Below are positions 37,742-50,568 of a DNA stretch of 61,762 bases, in pieces. Numbering within the stretch: position 1 is the stretch's first letter; each line of letters begins with the position of its first letter. Origin of the DNA: Priapulus caudatus (Eukaryota); contig NW_014577076.1 in assembly GCF_000485595.1 (NCBI RefSeq), forward strand, positions 1,104,647 through 1,166,408. Direction: 5' to 3'. The translations under genes were made by a program, and so were the position numbers. The notes under the pieces are model-generated. The model saw nothing but the letters and a program-made list of their open reading frames with translations. It searched no databases and was not told where the DNA came from.

Positions 37742-39309
37742 ACAGGCACTTGAAGCATATCAACTGTAAACACACGGCCGCCATTGCAATTGGCGATACC
37801 AGAAATGCACTCATCAACATAAATAGTGAGAAGAGCAGTATAGAGGCTCAGGGTTCCGCGTTTTGGTCTAAATATAGCAATGTTACCTACAATCCCGGTG
37901 CCGCTGGCCATACCGGTTACAATATGAGCGAAAAACCGTGGCGGCTCGGCGTGTAATGTCCTCTCTGCACAATCGACCGATTTTACATTGGCTATAGTGT
38001 TATTATTGCAATAGATATTAGAAGTAAGGAATTAAAAAAAGGAAAAAAGCAGCCCGCGACAACCCTGTTACCCATGTTCGTGGCTGTGCACATCGTGGCT
38101 CGTGCTTGCTGGCTGGGCGGCATTGATTGAAGTACGGGGGGGGGGGGGGGAGGTTGAATGCACTGATTGTTACAGTCGTGTGGGTGTGGTTATTGCTGTA
38201 TATGTAGGGGTGGGCACCGCTGGTATGAGGGAGCGACAGCAAAACTTTCCCAGAATTGAGCAAAAAGCTGTAATCAGGGATGACACAGGAGTGTGCCGGC
38301 ATGCAAAAAGAAATGTTGCTGTGACTTTCATTACGATTTTCCATGTATATAGTCAGAAGGATTGACACTATTTTCACAACGGCGGGTAAATACAGGAACA
38401 TTTTCACAACGGCGTTGTTAAATTTTGCAACGGCGGTGCGCCGCAGTGCCTCCTATCAAAGTGACAATAGCTGTGGCAATATTTTATATCTTGCTGATTA
38501 CACACATGTAATAATCTCTGTTTAAATTTGTTATTATGAAAACATTGCTCAGAAATGGTAAATCCGAAAAAATATAGCGAAATATAGTCTCACCTCACAG
38601 TGGATATATCACTGATTACACCAACTTTAAAAACACTAGTTATGATTTTATGCAGTTATTGCATAGAAAACTGGATTTGAAGACATCATACCAGCTCCGC
38701 ATGTTATTGTGTCCAGGCAATCTAAAAACAAATGGCGCCTTCATAGTAACTGCACCTGATTAACACAAAAGGGCATTTGATTCTGTGTAGTAAAAATTAT
38801 TGACTTGTCGTATGCAGTGAAGCGCAGCAGCGAAGTGCTTTTGTGAGCGAGTTTGTTGTTAATGTTAGACTAGCACGAATCAAACAACTGTGGAAGCAGT
38901 AGGCCGTGTACTTTGGATCTCGGAGAATTACTGTTACGCTAGCATTAACCTCTGTGTTTGCACTCACACCAACATTGCTGCGATGCGATTATTTGCATTA
39001 ATTTACTGCACTCTGGTCGATGTCTCGCGCTATCGCGAGAAAGTCTGAGAAATGGCAGCGGAAATAAAAAACACTAATCAAAATTGTAATCGTGCCTGTT
39101 TTGGTGAATACGAAGGTCCTAAGACATTTTATCATTACTCTAAACAATTGCTGATGCAATAACGGTGAGTGTCATAAAAGTGGGCAAAGCATGAGATTTT
39201 GCTCGAATATATTACTGTTATGTCGAGCTATGGTACCCAAATCTTTCACTGTGCTTCTAGACCCAGAGGATATAGTATTTACTGGATAAATTTTTCTTTG
39301 TTTTGTCAG

Positions 39310-42300
39310 CTGGGAACATGTTGTGGAAGTGCAGCAGCCAGTCTTTGCTGTGGCTGCTGCCCAAACTGCAAGAATTCCACCTCGTCTCGAATTATGTATG
39401 CAGTGATACTCCTCATAGGCTCTTTTGTAGCATGCCTCATGTTGATACCTGGCCTACAAGATCAACTCGCCAAGGTAGAATATAAAACTTCAATTCATTT
39501 GATCAGATGTGCTGTTTGCATGGTGCCTGCTTAATGTATGATTGAATTTGTTATGAATACATGTGTTGATGGTCGAATAACTATAGCACTGCAATTAGTA
39601 AAAAAGCAGCATTAGTAAAATATTATCTAGAAATAATACTGGTTACTGTGTCGTATAATTTTCTTGTGATTGACTGTGTGATTTTATGTATCGATTAAAT
39701 CTTCAAGATTCCAGCTCTATGTGAGGGCTCAGAGGAGGGCATCAACGATGCACTGGGCACATTGGGACATGAGGGACTGGTGGACTGCAGCAAGCTTGCT
39801 GGATACAGGGCCGTGTATCGGATCTGCTTCTCACTGACATGCTTCTTCTTCTTATTCGCCGTCATAATGATTAATGTGAAGCATTCGAAGGACCCTCGCA
39901 GTTCAATTCAAAATGGGTGTGTGAAATAGGAGAAAGATTTGCCGGTTACAATGGTTACAATGTTCATACCTTAAGTTTCTATATAAATTGATGCGCTTAC
40001 TCTTTCATTCCTATCTCTCACTCTAATTGTTGTTTACTTACTTGCTCTCTATCTCTTTCTCTCTCACTCTCTCTGTGTATCTTTCTCTCTTAGAACAAAT
40101 GACGCTATAGAATCCCTTCCCATCTTACCTATTCACATTACCAATTGGTTCCCATACCTTGACCCATTCGGAAATTCTTAAGGATACACTCAAGGTTTTA
40201 TGCAAAATTTCATTTATTTTTAGCTCATATGACGTAGTCAGATGCAGCTTGTAGAATCGCATGATCGTCCGTCCGTGAGTGCGTGCGTCAACAGTTGGGC
40301 ACAAATTTTAACCGCTCGACGTGTGGTCACGATATTCGGGACGTGGGGGGTAATCCGAAAACGAGTTGGGATGTCGAAGCTGGGGTTCAAAGGTCAAAGG
40401 TCAAGAGGTGTAAAAGAAGGGGGAACATTCCCTCCTTAACTTAAGGTATAGGGAGGAAATGCAGAATTGGCTGCGGCACAATCCTAAACGGCCCATCGAC
40501 CTCTAGCAGTTCGGTTGATCAGTCCGAATGCTAATAGACATCAATGCGGGCTAGGAAAAGCCATCACGTGATGCCGAAATATTGGCGCGTCCCAGCGTCA
40601 AAGCGTTAATGCGGGGCACAGCGGCAGATCTTTTAGACATTTTACTGAGCCGGCATGGTCCTGAAGACGAAAACGCGAGCTTTGAAAAACTCTTTTTGTT
40701 TTAGTAGAGTGACCTACCATTGTTATGACTTTATTAAGAAAGAGACCATGGAAATGTTACTTCCAGCTGACATGTGCAAGAGTAAGTGATTGAATAAACT
40801 TCTTTGACCTTACAACGGGAGGGTTAAGACAATGGAAGTTGTGTTCACTTGTTAGAAGAATTTGAACTCGACTGGTTTGCTAGCTAGATCTTACATGCCT
40901 GAGTGTATGACGGCACAGGTCACAAGTGAAATTTCAAAGCTAATTTGTGTATGAAGAGGTTTATGCTCCTTAAGATCGTCATAAATTTCCTATAAGGCAA
41001 TCATAGTAGTCAGTCGGTTACATGGCTACTTATGCCCACTGCAGTAAGCCACTGCACGCTGCATGATGGTGGGTCGATCAAAGTACGTGCATTCTTAATT
41101 TTTTGCCTGCCGTATCTTAAGGGTACAGGTGGCAGCTACTCTATTTCAGCTCTGATACGCCTTGCGATAGGTAGAATGGATGAAGTGACATTATATTCGC
41201 TGTCTATGGCAAGATAGTAATGTTGTACTACCGTACGAATGGGGAGCTTCCATCATTTAATCTTAAGACACTTAAACGTACGCGCCATCTCGTGGCAACT
41301 TTCATAACGATCCCAACGAACATTCCTTTGAGAAGGTTCCTGATACCATCCCTGTGCCTTCCACTGTTTCGGCGCGTATGTGAGCACATTTGGGACTAAC
41401 AGGGTTTACTAGAATCCCACCACTCCACCACAGAGTCACCGCAGTAGACGTTAGATGAGCACTGTCGCTCCGCGGCACTTGTTTATTTTCATTCTTATTT
41501 GATGGCTAACACTAGGTGCCACCTCTGTGCATGCATATTTCTCCATATACCGATGCATATGAACTTTCAGAGCGTTTTGATTGCCTGCGTTTGGTGTAGG
41601 GAGCTGTGGCCCTTTAAACGTACATTTACTGATGACGTCAGACACATGAACCAACCAAGCATGTTCGCGGTATTCATTATGCCAGAATCTATCAGCATCA
41701 ACCCTCCTAGAGCTGTCAACTGTCAGTGATAGTTGGAATTGCCGCGATGTTGAAAATAACATTTATACTTCGATACACAAGGGCCTGGATTTGTTGACAC
41801 GTAGCTCAGTGGTGTTATGCAGTACACAGCGTTTGCGCATTTCGCATCCAATTGCGGGCATAATCCTAGTAATTTCTCACAATTTCTCAAGCATAGAAAA
41901 TTGTACCAATTTAAGGTTTCCTTTAGTAGGAAAGATATATCACAGTAAATACTAACAGTAGATGTTTTGCATACATTCACCCATTTCGCACACAGGCAGT
42001 CAATCATTGTGAAAAGAAGAAAAAACTTTTCTGTTTCGATTTCTGCCATAGTGTCTGATGTGATGTATATAAATGAATATTTCTCTGTCATTACAACTCG
42101 GAATAATTATATTTTACACTTGTTTTAATGGTAACACAATGCTGTAAACATACATGCCATGGTTTTGTATTAAGTGCCATATTTTATGCGTTAAGGCTTG
42201 AGTGTATCATTAAGTTCTACTCCTATTATATGGATATCCATGAAGATATAGCTGAAAATATATGAATATGAAAATAGCATGAAGTGCAAATTTGTTATTT

Positions 42301-42532
42301 TGCAAGCTTTTAAGAACACATATCACTGCCAGGTCTTACAACAAAATTATTTGGCTCTCTCTCTCTCTCTCCCTCTCGTTCTCCCCCCTCTCCCTCTCCT
42401 TTCCTCTCTCCCCACTCTCCCTCTCCCTCCCTACCTCCCTCTCTCCCCCCTCCTTCCCCCTCCCTCCCCCCTCCCTCCCTCCCTCACTCCCCCTCTCTTT
42501 CTCGCCTCATATATATATGATATATATATATA

Positions 42533-42584
<52 letters not shown>

Positions 42585-42710
42585 GTCGTTCGTCGAGTGT
42601 CTAGTGTGTCGTTACGTTANNNNNNNNNNTACGTATACTAACCTTACCGTTCCGAACCCTACCCCTCGTACCTACCCTCCTCTTCTCGTCTCAGTATACA
42701 TATATATATA

Positions 42711-42769
<59 letters not shown>

Positions 42770-45700
42770 AATTGCCGTTTCGTTCAGAGGCTTATGTGCT
42801 CGTTTGAATAAAATTGTAAGCACGTAATTATATATTGTTGATAGTATACAAGTAGAATGCAGTTTATTTGTGTAGATGTGTTCTACAATAATTATTTTAT
42901 TGTACCGCAGGTTTTGGTTTTTCAAAATTCTCATGATTATTGGTATCTGCGTTGGAGCATTCTTTATCCCGTATGGGCCATTTTCCGATGGTAAGTAAAA
43001 CTATCAGATTATGTGAGTAAAAACATCTGGCCATGCAGGTAGTGCCTTTGATGTACCTACAAATGTGATACTTCACCACCATACAAATGATGTATAAGGT
43101 CATGATAAAAAGTAAAATGTTAGCCAAGTAGTTTTAAGATTTGGGCCTAGATTTAAAATAATTTTATTCCATTTTTTTTCTTTGAGACTGAAAGTGGTTT
43201 AAAAACATCTCTGATAACCAATTGTCCTAGGAAATGTGCTAATGCAGATTTCTCATAATTTTTTGTTCTATTTCAGTGTGGATGTGGTTTGGTATGATAG
43301 GAGGATTTCTGTTCATACTCATTCAACTGGTCATGATCGTTGATTTCGCTCATGGCTGGGCTGAAAAATGGGTCGGTAACATGGAGGACGGTGGTGGCAA
43401 GGGGTGGTATGTGGGTAAGTTTCCCATTTACTGAATTTCCTGTCTGTTAATCGTTGTTTACCTGTGTTACGTGTGTGTGCGTGCATGCCTATTGTGATAT
43501 TTATTGGATTCATCCATGATGCAATGTAAACAAAATCCAAGTATATGTCTGCATGGGCTTGGTATCACTTGTGGCATAAACAGATATATTTAATTATATT
43601 TGGCTTACTGAACTTGCTGATATAACTTGCGAATTGATATTTTTTATTGACATTTTTGACTACAGCTTTGCTGATAGTCACATTCTTCTGCTATGCTGGA
43701 GTGATTGCATTCGTCGTTCTGCTGTACATCTACTATGGAGGGGTAAGGGCGAATTATAGTTTTTAGCTCATCTGACATAGTCAGATGCAGCTTGTAGAAT
43801 TGCATGAGCGTGCGTGCGTGCGTGCATCCGTGTGTTGGGCGCAAATCTTAACCGCTCGACGTACGGTGACGATATTCAGGACGTGGGGGGGGGGGATATC
43901 CGAAAACGAGTTTGGATGTTGAATCTGGGAGGTCAAAGGTCAAAGGTCAAGAGGTGTAAAAGAAGGGGGAAAATTCCCTCCTTAACTTAAGGTATAGGGA
44001 GGAAATGCAGAATTGCGGCACAAATCTAAACGGCTCGACACCTAGGCTCGTGATAGTTTGTGTATAGCATCATGGTAGGAAAAGCCATCACTGTGCCGAA
44101 ATTGGAGGTCACAGGTCAAAGGTCAATGGGGCACAGGGCAGATTTTAGACATTTTCTAAGGACATGGTCTGACGGAGCGATTGAAAAACTTTTTTTTTTC
44201 AGCGGTGACATATCATTTTTATGGCTTTATTGAAAGGACCATGATATGTACTTTCCGCTGACATGCGAAGAGTAAGTGTTGGATAACCTTTTGACCCTCA
44301 AGAGGAGGGTTAAACATTGATTTGTTGACTGTTAACAAAGGACTGAACTGCTTTTGCTATTATTAGAGCCCATACCTGTGTGAATGTGAGGCTACAGTTG
44401 CACAGTTGAATTGCAAAGGCAAAAGTTTGTTGAACAAGGTTTATGCTCCTTAAATCATATTATTTTCTAAAGCAGTCTGTCTATAGCACCATGAAGGCTG
44501 AATCAGTGAATGCTCGCATGGGTAGGCAAAAACACATGGCAGCCCATGGCTGGCACGCTTCTAATCATAATTGTTGCTTGCCAACCTGCAATGCACATGT
44601 GTCTGCAATGCATAAAGATTGGGTGGGTGCGAAAGTGTAGCTGATATATTTGTTCGAATTGGCTACGAAAGTCAAACAAGAATAAAGAAGACTTATGTAT
44701 AAGACGTCTTGCTATGCACAAATGAATTTATCAGCAGAACACCAGACACCAGATGAGCCCTGTCGCACTGCGGCACTTGTCTTCTTTTTATCGCTCAATG
44801 CAATTTTCAGAAATAAAGATGGTGATGATTAATTTTTCATGCTTTGTCAAGTATTAAATGACTTGTATTCATTATCACACATATATATATATGTTATTCT
44901 GCTAAAATATATATCTCAATTTCAAATACGTGGATCAAAGGTCACTAGCTGGAAAAGCAATGATTTTACAGCACATGATCGATCCATTTGATCAAATAAA
45001 TTTTTTCTCTCTACAATTTGCCTGTCAATTTATTTTATAAAATATATTATGAGGAGTATGTAATGTGATTAACATTAGTTAGGTTATGTTATTAGCCTGT
45101 TGTTATTGTTAAAATGGACAGAGGCCTTTACTTCATGATCATGGTGGAGCAGTTCATACTAGGTCATAGCAGAAGCTCTGGAGGAAGGAGTCGTGCCGTG
45201 CTGCTCTTGACAGTGAGTTTCTTGCTTCTTCCCCAGTCTGGCTGTGGCTTGAACAAGTTCTTCATTAGTTTGAACCTGATCCTGTGTGTGGGTATATCAG
45301 TGATGGCCATCTTGCCCAAGGTGCAGGAGGCCCAGCCTCGCTCCGGTCTGCTGCAGGCATCCATCATCAGCCTCTACATCATCTATCTCACCTGGTCAGC
45401 GATGACTAACCAGCCAGGTACGTCTGTGGCGCGGTGGCTTCAGTCTAATTAAAAAATAAAAATGTGCAAACGCTTTACTTGTACATCGAATCTGTCAAAA
45501 TTGTGTTGAAAATGTCAGCGATGACTCTGACTCTACTATTTTTGTACTGCGGGCTTTGGGTTAAGTGATTGTTGTAAAACTAACCACCACATACCAGAAG
45601 CGAGTAGCTTTGCCAGCTGACACTTGTTACAAGAAACCAAAGCCACACAGTTATCGAGGCCATATGCTCGACGGGCAGCCAGAAGAAAAATTAAATTACT

Positions 45701-48700
45701 GCACATGCGTTCTTACCCAGTTTCATCACTACCATGTGATTCTTTCAGATGCTAAATGCAACCCTTCACTGACTGAGATCTTTACACCTGGACAAGCGAC
45801 AAGCGATGAGTACTTCGGCTTTGATGCACAGAGTATTGTTGGCTTGCTCGTGTGGTTTGGTTGTGTACTTTACTCAAGGTAAACCATATTCACTCTGTCA
45901 CAGAGTTTGTGCTCATACTTATATTGTATTGTTAAAGTAGTGACATAATTCAATAATTTTATAGTTAGTTCAAGAGAAACATTGTGCAAATAGAAACGTT
46001 TTATGATTCCTGCCTGTTTGTTTGTTTGTATGTATGTATGGCAGGTTTTGTATGGGTCCTTGAAAACCTAGAAAGTCTTGGAAATAGGCTAGGGTCATGG
46101 GAAGTTCTGGAAACAGGATAAGGATATGTTTGGTTCTGGGAGGTTCTCAAGTTAGAACACTTATCTATCAGGTCCACATTTTACCAACACCAAGTTTAAT
46201 ATAATGAAGCTATAATTAATTGCAATCTAGTTATAGCCCTGTTTACTGTCTGAGATGCAATAATACTTACTGGAAGGAAGGCTTTATTCACTAATTGTTT
46301 ATAGGAATATGCGAGGTACAAAGAATATCTATGGTTTAAATCTCAGCATCCTTGGAAACAGACCTTCCTAGAAAAATCCTGGGAAATGCTTTACCTTAAG
46401 TGCACAAACCTTTATATGAAGACTGACTGTTACACAACAACAGTACAGTAGCAATAATTTCATCGTTAAATACATGGAATATTGTTCCACAAATTATGCC
46501 AAAATTTGTTGCCAACATTGTTTAATGGTAAATCATACTATGTTGTGTGTTTTAAGAGACAGCAACGTTGAACAGTGTTTCAGGAAATAGCAATACTATG
46601 ATAAACAATGATGGTAACATTTGTTGAATCTTGTGTCACAGATGTTAGTGATGATAATTCCCTTATTGTAGCATTCGGTCCTCGGCTACTGGACAGATGA
46701 CTAAGCTGACTGGTTCGACTGAGAAGGTGCTGCTGGAAGATGGTAAGCTTGTGTGCAGTCGTATTGGTTGCCCGTGCTGGTGCAAGCCATGCATGCCATT
46801 TCAGTACGTGTATTTGTATTTAAATGTCATGCAATAACGACTTAATAATAATTATAGAATGCTTAAATAATATCCTGTTTGCTGACCCAGTATTTCCAGT
46901 AGTGATATTGTTGTCACCATTTTCTGCACACTAAGTATAAGCATACATCCGTGATTTTCACATATGTTGAAATATATTTGGTTACATCAACTGAAAAGTG
47001 ATTTTGACCAATCGTTGCACACAATATAATACCATTATACATACGCGCATACTCGTTTATATAATAATATAATACAATTTCAATAATCAAGTAGTTTCCC
47101 AAGAAATTGGTTAAGTGTATATGCTTATATGCTGTATTTTGATTCTTTATACTTGCCTTCTTAAACTCGGATCATTATTTGAAAAGTTTGCATGATGGCA
47201 TTCCATTATTAATAACTTAGCAATGTTAAAGATATCTCTAGCTGTGCATTGTCTGCTAAGAGCATGAGCTACTTTTGAAATATAGTTAAATGCAGTACAT
47301 AGCATCTGCTTGAGGCAGTCGGCCTGGTTGTCCTGCAACGCGTTCTCCTTTAATAAACAGAATCCGATCTGTATGGTTCGGTAGGCGAGAGTCCAAGCCA
47401 AGAGGATCCTGAGGGGGCAAAGGTCTGGGACAACGAGAAGGAGAGCGTTGCCTACAGTTACAGCTTCTTGCATGTCATGTTCTGTCTGGCTTCTCTGTAT
47501 ATCATGATGACGCTAACCAACTGGTACAAGTAAGTGTGGTTGTTGGCACTGGCAAGGTTTGTTTGTGCAGTGGGGAGACAGAGGTATTTGTATTTCCACA
47601 TTGGGTTCTCATATGGAATTCTCAATGGTTTCAAAGAATTAACCTGTAGATAAGTTGGGATGCATAGGAAATCAGTGTTTTCACTGATAATTAATTAAAA
47701 GCTACATGTGATGTTGCAAATATTTCATGTAGCCGTCTTTCCTGGCTTAATCATTTTCGTGCATACATCTATCCCTTTTTTAGCTCATCTGACATAGTCA
47801 GATGCAGCTCGTAGAATCGCATGATTGTCCGTGCGTCCGTGCTTCCGTCAACAGTTGGGCACAAATCTAAACGGCTCGACGTACGGATTCGAAAGTCGGG
47901 ACATAGGGTGGGAATCCGAAAACGAGTTGGGATGTCGAAGCTGGGGGTCAAAGGTCAAAGGTCAAAGGTCAAGAGGTGTAAAAGAAGGGGGAACATTCCC
48001 TCCTTAACTTAAGGTATAGGGAGGAAATGCAGAATTGCGGCACAAATCTAAATGGCTCGACCTATGCTCTTAATATTCGATGTATAGTGTGATGGGCACG
48101 AAACCCATCACCAGTGCGAAATTGGAGGTCACAGGTCAAAGGGCAGTGGGGTAAAGGTCACATATCAGACATTTTCTGAGGACATGGCCTAACGGTCAGA
48201 GTGGAAAACTTTTTTGTTTCAGTGCTCACCTACCATTTTTATCACTTTATTGAAAGGACCATGAAATGTGCTTTCCGCTGACGTGCGAAGAGTAAGTGTC
48301 TGATAACCTTTTGACCCTCAAGAGGAGAGGTCAACATGGATTTGTTGACTGTTAACAAAGGACTGAACTGCTTTTGCTATTAGAACCCACTCCCCTACCG
48401 GCAAAGTTCAAATCTATTATATCTTATGGCGCAGTCTCCACTGACACGGCACGGCGCCAGCCGGGTTTGCCGGCGACGGCGAAAGTCCAATGAGTTTGAC
48501 TTTTGCCGGCTGACGTGACGGCGAAAAGACAATTGAACCAATCAACGTGATTGTTTTTTATCACGTGTTCTGCTCACGCTACCATCACCCAATGGACAAC
48601 AAGCACATGCATAATTTCTGATCACTGAACCAGAGTGAAAACAATGCGCGAAATCACAATGTATTTTTTTTCAGCACAACGGCGCTGCGTTTTGCTGTGT

Positions 48701-49304
48701 TGTGTCGTGCCACGTGTGTGGAGACATAGCTTTAGTAGTATCCTAGATATATGCTCTGGGCGCGAACGCAGTGGCGGGAGGGCGCACTTGATTCAGTTGC
48801 CAGTGAGTTTATCAGAAGAATACCCGGCTACAGTACACGTCAGTTGAGCGCTGTCGCTCTGCGGCACTTGTTTAATAAGTCTAATATCTATAGCCATTTG
48901 CATACGCACCCCCACACAATCACGTTATTTGTCACGGGCTACAAGCAAAATACAATCGATATATCGGCCCAAATCAGCTAACCATGCCCTCTAAAATACA
49001 GTTTCTATGTAGGTAAGACAGGTAAAGGGCTGTACATATGAAAATCCGATTTGTTCTCAATGTCATGCAACTTTGGGACATTTCATTGATATAACTGAGC
49101 TTATGGTGATGAATGGGCATTTCACGTGCAGTTTGTGATTAATGCAATGTTCGCATTGTTTTCAGACCTGGTGATGCGTCTTTGGACAGCCTGTACTCCA
49201 ACGCAGCATCCATGTGGATCAAGATAGTCAGCTCATGGCTGTGTGCTGCTCTCTACGTGTGGACACTGGTAGCGCCCATCATGCTTACCAACAGGGAGTT
49301 TTAG
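39310..49304 (+). CDS. SERINC: Serine incorporator (SERINC1/3-like, TMS1 family) multipass membrane protein; first short coding exon not identified
   Basis: Ten exons in phase: 39310-39474 ([31 protein letters not shown]), 39708-39916 ([10 protein letters not shown]...DPRSSIQNG), 42911-42990 (FWFFK), 43277-43414 ([16 protein letters not shown]), 43666-43742, 45237-45417 ([12 protein letters not shown]...[10 protein letters not shown]), 45749-45878, 46672-46742, 47361-47529 ([15 protein letters not shown]...[14 protein letters not shown]), 49166-49304 ([10 protein letters not shown]...[14 protein letters not shown]). Total 452 aa plus stop. Confidence 0.95.
40217..41484 (+). mobile_element. 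Helentron/DINE-1-like non-autonomous element, family A (SERINC intron)
   Basis: 5' T-run + AGCTCAT(C/A)TGAC-gta-GTCAGATGCAGC hairpin, (GTCC)-type microsatellite, AAAGGTCAAAGGTCA motifs, 3' subterminal AGATGAGC + GC-rich stem GCGGCACTTG + T-run; no TSD. Confidence 0.75.
43760..44781 (+). mobile_element. Helentron/DINE-1-like element, family A (SERINC intron)
   Basis: Same termini as 40217; 3' half nearly identical (reverse complement) to 58047-58496. Confidence 0.78.
47776..48873 (+). mobile_element. Helentron/DINE-1-like element, family A, with nested Harbinger-like MITE (SERINC last intron)
   Basis: tttttagctcatctgacatagtcagatgcagc ... gagcgctgtcgctctgcggcacttgttt. Confidence 0.75.
48427..48731. 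mobile_element. PIF/Harbinger-like MITE with TTA TSD, nested in a family-A element
   Basis: TTA|TGGCGCAGTCTCCACTGACACGGCACG ... CGTGCCACGTGTGTGGAGACATAGCT|TTA; imperfect TIRs. Confidence 0.5.
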
Positions 49305-50530
49305 AGTACCTGCTGCTGGCTAAAGCAGGAGTTGACATGGCCAGAGACCTTCACTAGGCAAGTTTATTTACAGTTTAAGTACGTCGATTGGGAAGCATAC
49401 ACAGGTCGATGGTTTACGATTTGCCTCAACCAACATGGACCAACATGTGTTAGAATCCTTGGAAAATGTAACCAAATGTTGTCTTGCCTAAATTTCAATC
49501 ACCGGTAATATTTCCGAGTCAAGTCAACCTATAATGTAAAAGATGATATGTGTGCTAGAGGAACATTGTACTTATTCACTTGTCTGCTTATATTGGGTCG
49601 CCGTGCTTTGTATCAAGCATGTTTGGCAGCATCCCATGTAGCAATTTATATATTAAAAACACGTATATCAATATTTATGAAAGGGTTGTGATTGAGATTT
49701 GACAAAGTTTTACCTAGCCAGACTTCACACATGGAACAGTGGAAGCTTTGTATGTAGTTTTGTATCATTATAAATTTCATTCACAGTTTATACGTATGAG
49801 CTTATGCAAAAGATATTAAAACTGAAGCCTTCAGACTTAATTCCTATCAAGTTACGGTTCATTTATGCTGCATGCCAATTTTGAGTTTTTGTGATGTAAC
49901 ATGCAAGTTTAAATGTTGTTTTCGCACATTTGAACACCAGGAGCCAATAAAAAAACTCGAGTTGTATTTATCCATAACCACGATTAAACTGTGAAAATTC
50001 ATATTTGTCTTAACTACATGCATAATTTATTTCTGACCAATTGTTAAATGTGGAACATTGCAACCCCAATTTTGAAAAAGTGTTGAAATTAGGAAATTAC
50101 CCTTGTACTAATAATAAACCACGAAATTGGTATGTAGCCTAATTAAACGCCCATTGTTACTGAAGCTGTTTAAAGCCACGTCAGTGTTCTTAGTTTCTAC
50201 TAAAATTTTGAGTATTCAGGAGTAATGCAATCCGTTTTTCAAGGTTATTTATTAAATATTACATGTGTTCAAGACAGTTGCAGACTCTAATGTACAAAAT
50301 ATAACATGTAATAATCTTGTAGTTTGTTTCATATTGCACTCCCAAACCCACCTTTTATTCAATTAGTTGAAAAATTGCAGAGTTAAACATTTTCTAAAAA
50401 GCTGTGGCACACGCTCAGTAATGTAATTTACTGTACTCAGTAATGGTTTTCAACAAATATGTATATAGAAATGGATAGGTGTGCGAATACAAAATTGTGA
50501 GTACAACAGTTAGTAAGATAGTGGTGTAAT

Positions 50531-50568
50531 CAGGAGCTTATAAATGGAATTCCATTTATAAGCTCCTG
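50531..50568. mobile_element. Perfect 38-bp palindrome flanked by 7-bp direct repeat GTGTAAT (mini-MITE or collapsed TIR element)
   Basis: GTGTAAT|CAGGAGCTTATAAATGGAATTCCATTTATAAGCTCCTG|GTGTAAT. Confidence 0.7.

Noticed and set aside
42590..42770. Second CT-rich/(TA)n block after the N gap
   Set aside because: Looks like a noisy overlap of 42470-42580 across the gap rather than a distinct feature.
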